From the NCBI GenBank assembly GCA_051047955.1, contig JBPGPT010000008.1, positions 124,001 through 188,000 of the forward strand: a stretch of 64,000 nucleotides of DNA. Direction: 5' to 3'. Under the pieces are notes generated by a model, which was given only the letters and a program-made list of their open reading frames with translations, did no database searches and was not told the DNA's origin. Below are positions 26,323 through 37,498 of this stretch, one piece after another. Each line of letters starts with the position of its first letter. The first letter of the stretch is position 1. The position numbers and the translations under genes are program-made. The DNA comes from Cystobasidiomycetes sp. EMM_F5. Taxonomy: Eukaryota.

Positions 26323-26767
26323 TGTATGTTTTGCAATAAAAGCAAGCTCGGTATATATTCGAATTGCGCGTGCCTGGTCTCAGGACCGCGTCAGCTGAGG
26401 GCAAAATGCACAAAGCGGAGAGCAAGACAGTGAACACTAAGACAGTCAACAATGCTGAAGGGCAATTGCAACATGTTCAAGGCAAAGTTCCAGTCTGAAG
26501 ACGAGAGAGAGAGCATTTGAAATTACGTTACATGTCTACTGCTTGGTCTTGAGTCTTCTGCTGTGAAACAATGACAGAGAGGAGATTGCGCGGAGCAAGG
26601 TTAGGAGTACATGATTGTCGTTGAGTCGGTATACTGCAGCAGAGCTAGAGTATGCTCGAACTGTGTAGTATCAGAGAATGCATGGCATGGCTAAGTAAAT
26701 GTTGGCGGGAACATGTGTATACCGTACTGCACGACACTGCATACCCCGCCCGCATGTGAGTGTACAT

Positions 26768-27661
26768 TCACCTGTCCTCGGCCCACTCGTTCTCCTTGCG
26801 AATCTGCAAACATGAAAGGATGATTAGGTTTTGAAATAACCAAGGCGATAGTCGAGTATGACTCGCCTGCGCCTCTTCCTCTGGGGTAAAGTCGTTTGTA
26901 ATGTTGAACATTTTACGAATCTCCTCTGGCTGTTTGCCCTTGATCATGTCTGCGACCGTCTTGCAGCCGACGTCGAGGAGTGCCTTGATGTCGAGGTAGT
27001 TTGCAGCGAGGATAATCTCAAAGAGCATCTCCTGGTCTACGTCCATAAACTTGCGGTCCCACTCTGAGATTTCCGTCGTCTTTTTGCGCGTGTCGTCTGC
27101 GTCCTCGGGTATGGGCTCGGGGTCCTTGCGGTGGTGGTCGGACCACTCGATGACCTGGGGTTTTAAGGGATGAGATGGGGCCGTGGTAGTTAATGTGTTC
27201 GCAAGTCACCTTGTGCAGCACACTCGACGACACATTCGGTAGAGGGATTGCCTCGTCAGACTCTTCGAGGTCTGTGGATCGTCAGACACGGAGGGTCAGT
27301 GGGTATCCAATAGAATGCTTCGTCCAGTCCACGGCGTGCGTATACGATATACGGTGTGCGAGGACGTCTCGAATGCAAGATCTCGCATTGCCTCCCTTTC
27401 TTTAATGCACGCCGTGGACCCGATGCACGGCTACTCACCCTCGAGCATGTTTTTGATGAGGACGGATCTCTTTGCCTGAGATGGCATTCGACATAGTCAG
27501 CATGGCCATCGCACAGATAGACGTTGCTCAATCTCGCCCACCACGTCCTCGTCGACCAGAAACTCTTCATTATCTGCAGACTGGAGCTTGATCTTTTTGA
27601 GCGCGGCAGTCTCGGTCGCGGGCGCTGCTGCTGCGGTGGACGATGAGCCTTCTGCAGACAT
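26768..27661 (-). CDS. SKP1: SCF adaptor Skp1
   Basis: [51 protein letters not shown] and [11 protein letters not shown]. Confidence 0.98.
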
Positions 27662-28158
27662 GGTAAATGTCGAGTGGTGAGGTGTTGATTGAGTATGTGA
27701 GTGTTTACTTGGGCGGACTAAGCAAAGGCAAGACGAGCAACGAGCAATCAAATCAAATCAAAGTCGATATAAAGCCTTAGAAAGCGACAACTGGCCGACA
27801 CTCGCACCGACTTACAGGCACTCGACAGACGTGTGCACTGACTCGGTGACACTGCACACACCGCTTGACCGTGGTCACTCTACAGTCTGACGCGTAGATT
27901 GTAAGCAAGATATATTGGATATCCGTTCAAGACTCGCAGCGAGCGATTAGAATATCCTCCTGGAATATACCCGCCGACGTTCTAATCATCGTATACCACA
28001 CAGCCGCATTTGTCATTCACTCGCCAAGCCAGAGCTGTTCCTGCCGACAGATTACACCGCCTCGATAGGTCATATACAATCAGCCAGGCTCGCTCGCTTC
28101 TCTCTCCCTCTACTCTCTTCCACTCACTCACTACCCTCTTTCACGCTTACGAAACACC

Positions 28159-28989
28159 ATGGACTCATACGGCAACCCATCCTCCCCAGCACCAATGGAT
28201 CTCGGCCTGCCAGCGCCGTGGATTGCTCAATTCGACGAAGCATCTCAGACGCCATACTTTGTAAACACCCAGACGGGTGAATCAAAGTGGACTCATCCAG
28301 TCGACGGGAGCGTCTTTCACCCTCCTGCAGGCGGTGCAGACTACCAGCAGCCATACGACCAGCAGCAGCAATCGTCAACGAGGGATGGTGGGGCAGCCGC
28401 TTCATTCTACGGCGGTGCTGGATCCACTTCTGTAGACAGCACCTACAGCAATAATCCCTCCTCGTCATATACTGCGCAACCCGGGGATGGCGAACGTGGA
28501 CTGGGCTCAAAGCTCGCCATTGGAGGTCTAGCATTCATGGCGTACAAGATGTACAAGAGCCACGAAAAGAAGAACAAGTACAAGTATCAGAACCAAGGCA
28601 TGTATGGAGGTAGCGGATACGGGTATGCACCACAGCAAATGATGTTTGGCGGTGGTGGACCAGGAGGGATGCTGGGTAGTTTCCTCGGTGGAGGAGGAAA
28701 GCGAGAGATGGGTGGTACGGATACGTATGGAACGTCGCCGTCTCCTGGTCCTTCGACGCCAGGCTACGAGCAGCCAACAGGTCATCAAGCTGGTTGGATG
28801 CCACCTGCTCCTCCTGCCGGAACAGGTTGGCAAGCTCCTCCTCCTCCCTCAGATTGGAACTCTTTCTCCTCCAACCCTGCCCCATCCTACGACAATAACC
28901 AGTCCATGTACAACAGCGGGCCAGCGCAGTCGGACTATAATACCAACCAAGGCGGATACCAGAACGTGAGCGGTCATCGTACTGTATAA
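28159..28989 (+). CDS. WW-domain protein with Gly/Pro/Gln/Tyr-rich low-complexity region
   Basis: LPAPWIAQFDEASQTPYFVNTQTGESKWTHP in an intronless 276 aa ORF. Confidence 0.85.
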   Translation: MDSYGNPSSPAPMDLGLPAPWIAQFDEASQTPYFVNTQTGESKWTHPVDGSVFHPPAGGADYQQPYDQQQQSSTRDGGAAASFYGGAGSTSVDSTYSNNPSSSYTAQPGDGERGLGSKLAIGGLAFMAYKMYKSHEKKNKYKYQNQGMYGGSGYGYAPQQMMFGGGGPGGMLGSFLGGGGKREMGGTDTYGTSPSPGPSTPGYEQPTGHQAGWMPPAPPAGTGWQAPPPPSDWNSFSSNPAPSYDNNQSMYNSGPAQSDYNTNQGGYQNVSGHRTV

Positions 28990-29447
28990 TCAAATCATGC
29001 TGATGTCGGATTATAAAGTCATATGGCCAAGACAACTCGCAATACAATCAGCAGAACTACGGACAGTACTCCTCCGCTCCAAGCACGGGAGGTTCTGCCT
29101 GGGATCCGAAGTACTGAGCGACACGCAAGATCTTGCCCTGGACAGATATCGCTGTGTTCTATTCTCATAAGCTTATTCAGCTCCCTCCGACTTCTGAAGA
29201 CTTGCGTGTAGCATGTAGTGTGTGCGATGATGGATTGACCTTAACAATATCATATAAGTGCGCTTTGAGGCGCACTCATTTCTCATTCACCCTTCTTACC
29301 AAAGTGCTGTGCACCACGCGTCACTGACATCTGACTCTGGACCCCAATAACGATTACCGTCTAACGGTTGCACTGCCGAAGAAACACTTCTATGACCACT
29401 CTGCCTGCCAGTTGATGCGTCTGTCCTATTCATCGTATAGGCCCGGC

Positions 29448-30874
29448 ATGTTGTCCCTGCTGGCGTTATCGGATGACATCTTACGAAGTATCCTCGAACA
29501 GCTAGACACGCCCCGAGCAGCCCCGGTGGATGCAGATGATCCTACAGACAGGCGTATGGATGCGCCGAGTTGGATGCCAGACGAAGTGCGACTTGTTTCG
29601 CGTTCCAGGCAATATTTAGTAAGTGTATCGGTCTGAATGTTTATTGCGAAGGGATCCAGCTGAAGCATTGGTGGGTTTTAGCTCAATGTCATGCGTACGT
29701 GTATGCGCCTCTACCTTCTCGGCAAGCCAATTCTCCAGCGCTGTATTCGCTTCGATGTGTACCCTGTGCCACACTTTTTACGTCAGATTCTCCCAATTGC
29801 CGCAAAGCTACAGGTAGTTCACATCGAAGTAGCAGAACATATCTTCATCGAGGTCTATACGATGGGATGCAGGGGTATCGTACCCTGGCCTGGATACTGG
29901 ACTCGAGCGATACATCCCAACCTACTGGCCTTTTTCGCATCGTGCACGGACCTCCTGGACTTGCACATGCAGCTACCACACCTGCGCATAATGGAACAAA
30001 TATACGCCCTGCCGACACCATTGTATAGTATGCCTTGCTTTCCATCAGCACTGCGAACCTTGTCACTGGATTGTCGCGGGTGCACTCGGTCAGTCGACCT
30101 GTTGCGCCACTTTATATCGGAGCCGATCCCCACACGCGTTGAGAGACTCCTCATACGCGGGTACAGCTATCGCAATGGACGACTGTCATGCATCGACAGA
30201 CGAAGCTGCGGAGCTACCCCGTTCAAACCCTTCTTGGAAGCAAAGTACCTGGAATTTGTCGATTGTTTGCTACAGCCCGATGTGCATGGCTCCTGTCTCG
30301 ATACACCATTCCCTCGCTACTTCAATCAATGGCTGTGGCTATGTGCAGTCTCCGGACGCTACCCAAGTAGACTATGCTTGCAAGATACGTACATCGATCA
30401 TTTGCGGGAATTTGAGTTCTTCAAGATTATTGGTCCACACTTGGAGTATCTCAAAACAGACTTGCCTCTGGAAGTTTTTGAAGCGTCAGTCTGTCTCATT
30501 GCATTGCTCCCCTCTCTTACTGACACAGTCCCGCTAGGACTTACCCGCAAGATTTAGACGTGATTTTCCCTCAACTTCGGCATCTCATTTTACGATTTGA
30601 GACTGATGTATCGGCCGAGACTAGTTTGCCAACGTTCATCCACCGGCTGGAGCTGCTATCGCGAGTCCACAAATTCGATTACAAGGCCACGCATACCATC
30701 CTTCGACGGCACCTGCTGCGCGATACGCGTCAGCTACAGCAGCTATACTTGTGTAGAGCTTTGGACGAAGCAACGTCAGGCCGCCTATCTGGAGACTCTC
30801 ATATTACCGCAGCAGTCGCGTGTCACGCGCTTTGTTCAAAGTACGACATCGAGGTTCACGAGTGCGCGGGCTGA
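29448..30874 (+). CDS. F-box-like / LRR-like protein, paralog 1
   Basis: MLSLLALSDDILRSILEQL, intron 29619-29681, LNVMRTCMRL, then LxxLxL repeats. Second intron at about 30486-30537. Confidence 0.65.
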
Positions 30875-31446
30875 AGCTGTTTGTCCAGATACGAACCGTG
30901 CAGCGAAGTATAGCCGGACGATTCGACCCGCGTTGGCGAGATGTTTTAGTCGATGTACGCCTCGCGCACATCAGTCATTTTTTTAGGCGATCAATCCCGC
31001 CGGCACGGCATCTTCCTCCCGAGCTCCCTCATTATCCACTCCGAACAAGTTAAACTTGGTTTTGTTGGCGGCAGCCGTAAGGCCTGCCACATCCGCCTCA
31101 TACCGAGATGGATGAAACATTGCAAGCCCTCGTTCCACGCTTCAGTTGAATCTGTGTCTACGAATTGAAATGGCGACATCAAAATACATATCATTGCTGC
31201 TGCCGGGCGCATATGTTAAATGCTGCGTTGAAAATCGAAAGACCTGATTCTTGAAGATCACCGATCTGTTGCTGACGAAGCATTTCATACCGTTAAAACC
31301 TCTTGCCATCCTGCTCTTTTCACACGCCGGTTCGACGGATGTCTCCGACAGACGTTTGACAGTAATTGAAGGCATCCAGAGTGATGAGCCGCGACAGCGA
31401 GTCCAGGACACCTTCATTCTTCTTAATACCTTTCCACCTTGAAAAA

Positions 31447-32821
31447 ATGGCAGCCTCGCTCATGTCGTTGCCAGATCAAATACTTCACCTGATCGCAGAG
31501 AATCTCTACATGGAGCATGTCCATGCTGAACTGCGCGAGGAATGGCGGGACTTTGTGGAAGGGATGGTCATTGTGCCGCGCAATCAGGGGTATTTGGTAC
31601 CGCCAGCTTTATCCTCACGGACGATTTGTAACGGACTGACCATGAAAACCCTTACAGATCCGGCTCATGATGACCTGTCGGCGCCTGTGGCGCATTACCA
31701 GGCCATTGATCATCTGTCGTCAGCGAATTTCGCTTAAAACAACAGCTGCACACGAACGCGAGTGCTCCGTCCTGCAAACGCATGCATCGGAGGTAAAGAC
31801 TGTCCATGTTGATCTGTCAATACTGTACCCGAACGTCGCACCCTTGCCTATCGCAATACAAACGATAGCAGAGCTGGCCAGCCTAAGAGACGCAAACATC
31901 AGCTTCGACTACACATCTTACGAATCTGCCAGTTCCTTTCTGCAAGCTTTAGCTGCTGGTGAAGGCAAGACCAACCTACATCGGCTATGTTTATCCGTAT
32001 ACCACGGCCCTCACGATGATGCTCTTGCAAATTTGGCAAGCGCATACACTTCTCGCACCATCACGGTTCGGTGTCTGTGCGTTTGCGTGCTACGTCGCTC
32101 ATCGAGGCTTTCAACTACCAGCAATTTTGCACAACCGCCCATTCGACCCCAGACAGGATTTCTGCGTGCCGACGACTTGGTCCTGAACTGTACCTCCAGG
32201 GCTGTGGCACCAATGTTTCGCAGTATATTGAGTCTTTTAGAGCACCCCCTGCCGTCTCATCTCACATTGTCCGGAAAATTCGCATTGGAAGCTGTTTTTC
32301 CGATAATATCGTTCCTCCGCGATAGTCTCCGCAGTCTGGACCTGGACTGCCGCAGCTTCTCTAATCATTACTATGCACCAACAATAGTACTCGCATCTTG
32401 CAAGAGACTGACCATCTTAAATGTCCGATGCGCGGAATCTGGCGAAATGCCATTATCGACCTTACCGCCTAATTTGGACCGACTGTCGCTGCACTATCGA
32501 CAACAAGGATTTATCTTCCAAGATCTTCACATTTTTCTGACGAAGTTTGCACTGCTGCCGCCTGTGCTGAGGCTGCATCTGCCTGTAGAGAGCCCGCAAA
32601 TGGAGGAACTGAGCCCGCTTGAGACTTTCTCGACGACTTGGGCCAAGCAGCGGCAGCAAGATAGGCAATTTGCAATAAAGTGCCGCGAGATTTGTCAGAT
32701 GAAGGGTATCACGACAGCACCGGCAGATCTCGTGGGATATTGGGATATAGCGCACAACGACGATAATTCTGCAAGTGATTTTGCAGAAGATCCCTCTATG
32801 AACATGAACGTCGATCTGTAG
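31447..32821 (+). CDS. F-box-like / LRR-like protein, paralog 2
   Basis: MAASLMSLPDQILHLIAENL, intron 31597-31657, IRLMMTCRRLW, then LRSLDL, LTILNV and LPPNLDRLSL. Confidence 0.7.
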
Positions 32822-33553
32822 ACACGAGGTGTAACGCAGCGATCAGCTCTACAGTGAACCCTCTGAGGTTTCGCTAGCGACTGTAGGCCAATATTCGATT
32901 CTCAGGGTCACATTGTCCTGCGATACAGGCTATCCTTAGCTGACTGAGGTGTGATGCCTTCGGCATGCAGAGTGCTACCGGATACAGCGCCAAAGACTTA
33001 CTAAGTTATGCCAAGTCTATGACTGGCGCTCAGTCTGTCAAATCCCGTAGAAGAAGGCCAGCTCGAAGTATAAAAGCTGCTACGGCCACGAAGCACCACG
33101 CAAGAGCTTAGAATCAGTGCTTTGCACCAGAGAGGACTTTGTGAAGAGGACTTTGTGAACAAAGCCGACGTCTGCGCAACTTTCCTCCGCACGAACACGA
33201 TATTTTCCTACGAAAGATTCAACGACGATGGCGACGAAGGAAGTCATCGAGGGAAGACTATTGGTAATATGTGATGCGGATGCTGAAGGAGCATTCACGG
33301 CGTTTGCTGAATAGCTAGCGCAGCACACCTTGCACAAGCCTAAAGATACAACAAGCAGGAAGGTCGAGCAACGGCGGATCAGCTTGAAGCCGGACTCGCT
33401 CCACGAATCGGTGTGACAACGGATGGAGGTCGGCAGCCTGCACGGTGCTTCAACAACTTGGACAGACCACCGCTTGACCGTTTTACAGTGAAGCGCCCGA
33501 TCGATGAGGATACTCCCAGTCCAAGCTCGAACAAGTTTCTTCCACCCCACAGC

Positions 33554-34357
33554 ATGAAGTCTCTCACATGCTTGCCGTCGGACGTTCTGCTCTCCATTTT
33601 GCAGCAAGCAGATTTGGAGTACGGCTTTGTGCCAGCGAAGGCGGAACTCGATGATGAAACGAAATCGAGCGAGTCACTCGGACTCATTGCAAGCTCGAGA
33701 AAGGATCTGGTAAGGAACATTTCACGAGTCAGCCGTTTTCAGCTAATCTAATCAGTCATGCATCATTTTCAGCTTTCAGCCATGTACACATGTCGCACAC
33801 TGCACAATCTTGGTAAACCGCTACTAGAGGCATCCATTCGATTTGACGCAGACAAGTTTACTCGACACTACTCTGTGTACATGCGACTCGCTCCGGGTGT
33901 ACGCGCGGTCCATATCGCTACGGCCGGCGAGGTCGCTATGCCGTACTGGATTGACCCAGTTCGCGGCGATCTGAAGCGGTTCTTCGATGCTTGCACCAAT
34001 TTGAAGGCCATTCAGCTCGAGCTCCCGAATTGGGATGAGGAAGAAACCGAGACAAGGTTTGCGAGCGGTGGAGCCAGATTTCTTCCGAAAGAGGTTCACT
34101 TCCTGTCGCTACAGTTCGACGGCTGTGACGTAAAGGGCTGGGCATTAGCCCCGCTCGTCGACGAGGGGACTAAGCTTGTCGTCAACATGCTGGAATTGCG
34201 CCCTCTGCATTTTTGTAATATGGAGGGTCACCAGGAGGAAGGTCTATTCCAGTCTACCGAATCCTATATACAGGCCGACGATTACAGAGTCGTCCCCTGT
34301 TTCTCTGACTTGGAAATCCCGGATCCTATTGACGATGGCGATTTGAGTTACTCGTGA
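33554..34357 (+). CDS. F-box-like protein, paralog 3 (short; 3' end uncertain)
   Basis: MKSLTCLPSDVLLSILQQ, intron 33710-33772, LSAMYTCRTLHNLGKPLL...FFDACTNLKAIQLELP. Confidence 0.65.
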
Positions 34358-34696
34358 GTCGAACGGTGAAGTCAGTGTAGTATGTATTTCAACGTCTGCG
34401 AAATCTTCTGCTGCGAAATGCACAGGATGCACACATGACGACAAAGGCCGTGGGGTCGCAATAATGTGCATGAGCCCACCGACTATGCGGGAATGAGGAC
34501 GATGTGTCTTCTTGCTTTCGACTGACAGCTCAGTAGCTAAAAGCCTATAGGTCAAGTCACATAAGCAGTGAGGCTTCAGGGAGAAAACCGCTGTTGAATA
34601 ATTGGCAGTCTAACGTGTTTTGAGCCTGAGAATCCTGCCCTCTTCATGGGCAAGTCCGTTGCATCCTGCCCAATGTTGCCTTTGCGCATCAAGGCG

Positions 34697-35451
34697 ATGA
34701 CACTCATGTCATGGTCGACCAATGTGCTGCGTTCCATCTTGCGTCAATTAGACGTGGACGATGGCCATTGGCCAGAAACAACAGCAGGAGCGGAGTCCAG
34801 AGAAAGTCTGTCGCAGCCGCCAGTTGGACTTGTAGCATCCTCGAGATTTGACCTGGTAAGAGCCCTTTGATCAATAGGTCGACTCCGGTCTGAATGTGGT
34901 TTGTCCCTGCTGCATCGGTTGAAGCTGTCGGCAATGTGCACCTGTCACGATCTGTACAATCTCGGGATGCCTTTGCTTGAGACATCAGCTCGGTCCTGCG
35001 TCAAGGAGTTTCTCGAGCACTATGCTGAGTACATGCGCCTCGCGCCGGGTCTGAGGGCGGTACACATTACTGGCCCAGTGCCGACCTGGATTCACCCGAT
35101 TGGCGACTATGTGAAAGACTTCTTCGATGCCCGCACCAGTGTAAAGGCCGTTCATGTTGAAGTCCCGCATTTCGGCAAACTCCAATGCCAAAACCTGTAC
35201 CGGAACGGTGGAATCAGATTTCTTCCAAGACACATTGACTTGCTGTCGGTGAAATGCCACAACTGGGAATTCGTGTGTATGAGTGGGCTACGCTGGGTGA
35301 ACGAGGCAGCAAGCTCATTGTGAAGAAGCTGGAACTGCGTATCAACGCGCCGTGGGAGAAGGATGGTCCCAGTGACGAGGAAGTGTACAAGATAATCAGC
35401 CCTTATATACAAGCCGACGAGTGTATAGTTATCCGCCATGTGACCAGCTGA
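34697..35451 (+). pseudogene. F-box-like paralog 4, apparently frameshifted
   Basis: Close copy of paralog 3 (YMRLAPG.RAVHI, FFDA, GG.RFLP). Similarity switches frame at about 35255-35300 into ORF 35254-35451 (KLIVKKLELR, YIQADE). Confidence 0.6.
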
Positions 35452-35715
35452 CGCCGGCGTCGACGCTTCTTCCTGATCTGTTGTCGGATTGAGTTGTTAC
35501 TTCGCGTCGGCTATTTGATTTCAGGACTCTGCCCTTCTCAGATATATGTGCACATATAGCTTATTATGAGCGTTGTTTTCGTTGTAATTGGCGTTGTTTG
35601 GACAAGCGCGTAGAATGTCACACCTTGAGCTCGATTTCAGGCTACACCCGCTACACCCTTTGCTTTTCGATACATTCGACAAATCTTTTGCTCGCCAGCA
35701 AAGCCCATCCATGAC

Positions 35716-37303
35716 ATGACAATGTCTCCATCGCAGCGGGCTGCCGCTATTGCCATCCTCGCAGTCACGCTTCCGCTCGCAGTCATCGCCTGGCCGCTCT
35801 GCGTTGCCTCGAGCTTCATTCCAGTCTTTGGCTTTCTCGTCCTTCCTACCCTCCTGACGTGCACATCCTTCATCCTGTACGGCACATCCTGGCTCCTGTA
35901 CCTCGTCCTCGCGCCAGCTGCACCGCTGCCGTATTCCCCTATCCGATGCTATGCCCTCGACAAACAAGTCTACTACCGATTGCGAGAAGCGCTTCGACTA
36001 GGACTGCCGAGTATTGCCGTGGATTGGGTGTACAGACGGGTGATGGTATTGGGCAGCAAAGAGAAGGAAAGCATCGTCCAGGAGAATATCCCTTACGACG
36101 CAGCAGCCGGCAAGACGAAATATCTGGATGTGTATCTTCCATTCAGAAATCGTAGCAAGTCAGCCAGCGCCAAGGAGCCAGACATTGGGAGCGACGAGGA
36201 GCGCTCGCAAATGAACGTGCCGGTAGTCGTGTTCGTTCCGGGCGGCGGCTGGGCTTTTGCAGACAAGCGGCATTATCTGCAGATAGCGCTCAACCTGAGG
36301 AAGAAGGGCCTGATGGTCGTTGTTCCGGATCTTGTGAGCTGCCTATGTAATTGTGTACGTAGACTTGACTGATGAAATACCTCTGCAGACACCGTACCCG
36401 AATGGCAGTATCCGCGACATGGTCTCAGATCTGCGCAAAGTACTTGCCTGGACTGCAAAAAGCGCTAGCCACTATGGGGGTAATCCTGACTCAATCCACG
36501 TCATGGCTTATGGCTCTGGCGCACACATTTCCCTTCTCACACTAGTGCAGGATGCTGTTGTCAAGAGCCGCGATGCATTCTGGCTTCGATCCTCTATTTC
36601 CAAATTACAAGCTTCGCGCACCCTCCCTGAATCGGTCATGTGGGAAGGAGGGCCCGGCGACGCTGACGATGACGACAATACAACAAATGATGATGAATCG
36701 GATGCCGTGGCAGACTCGTCGGCACCAGCTGAGAGCGGCGAAATTGAAATATCAGCGGGAATACGCAGACTTGCAGTCTGGGGCGGGGAGCATCTGGAAT
36801 TGCCACCTATACGAGGTCTCATCCTTCTTGCTGGCGTGAGCGATGTCATCAAACATGTTCGTCTGGAACACAAGACTGGAATTGAGGATATTAGCCCGCT
36901 AAGGAGAGCCCTGGGCCCCAGTCATGCTGACTGTCTGCTTGCATCTCCGAGCCATCTCTTGTTTGGGGCAAAGCAGGTGAGACTCGGGCCGATGGTGCAT
37001 ATATTCGGGCGTTGAAAAGCTGCTGAGTACCGTCGCATACAGATCCTGAACACCGACTACCTGCCGGCAAACATCCTGCTGATACATGGAGGTGCAGATC
37101 GTGACATCCCGATAGTTCAGACGGTCCTCCTAAAGACACTACTGCAAGGCGTCGGTGTACGAAACGTCGTACTCAAGGCCTATCGCGACTTGAGCCACAT
37201 GGAGTGCATGACGGCGCTCACAGGAGCGAGAAGATCGCGATATAGCGGGATGATTGCTAGTGAAATTGTAGGGAGTATTGTGAATGCGGAGAAAGATGTG
37301 TAG
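35716..37303 (+). CDS. Membrane-anchored alpha/beta hydrolase, isoprenylcysteine methylesterase-like, with degenerate nucleophile motif
   Basis: N-terminal TMs, LDVYLP, VVVFVPGGGW, YGGNPDSIHVMAYGSGAHI, LLIHGGADRDIP and LSHME. Confidence 0.8.
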
Positions 37304-37498
37304 CCTTGCAATTCAGATCGGCCAGATGGAATACCTCCGTGGATGTCTGCTAGCGAAGTGAATGCATCATTGACATGCTCTTCGCGCTTCCCTGTGTTCG
37401 TAATAAAGATTGAGGACTTTGCTGGCTGGCAGGGTCTTATCACGTACGGCAGCAGCTGATCGCGCTTGAAGTAGCCGGCCTCTGTTTCTTCTGCAAGC

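Noticed and set aside
32900..33550. ORFs in the spacer between F-box paralogs 2 and 3
   Set aside because: No family similarity, terminal repeats or transposase motifs were seen.
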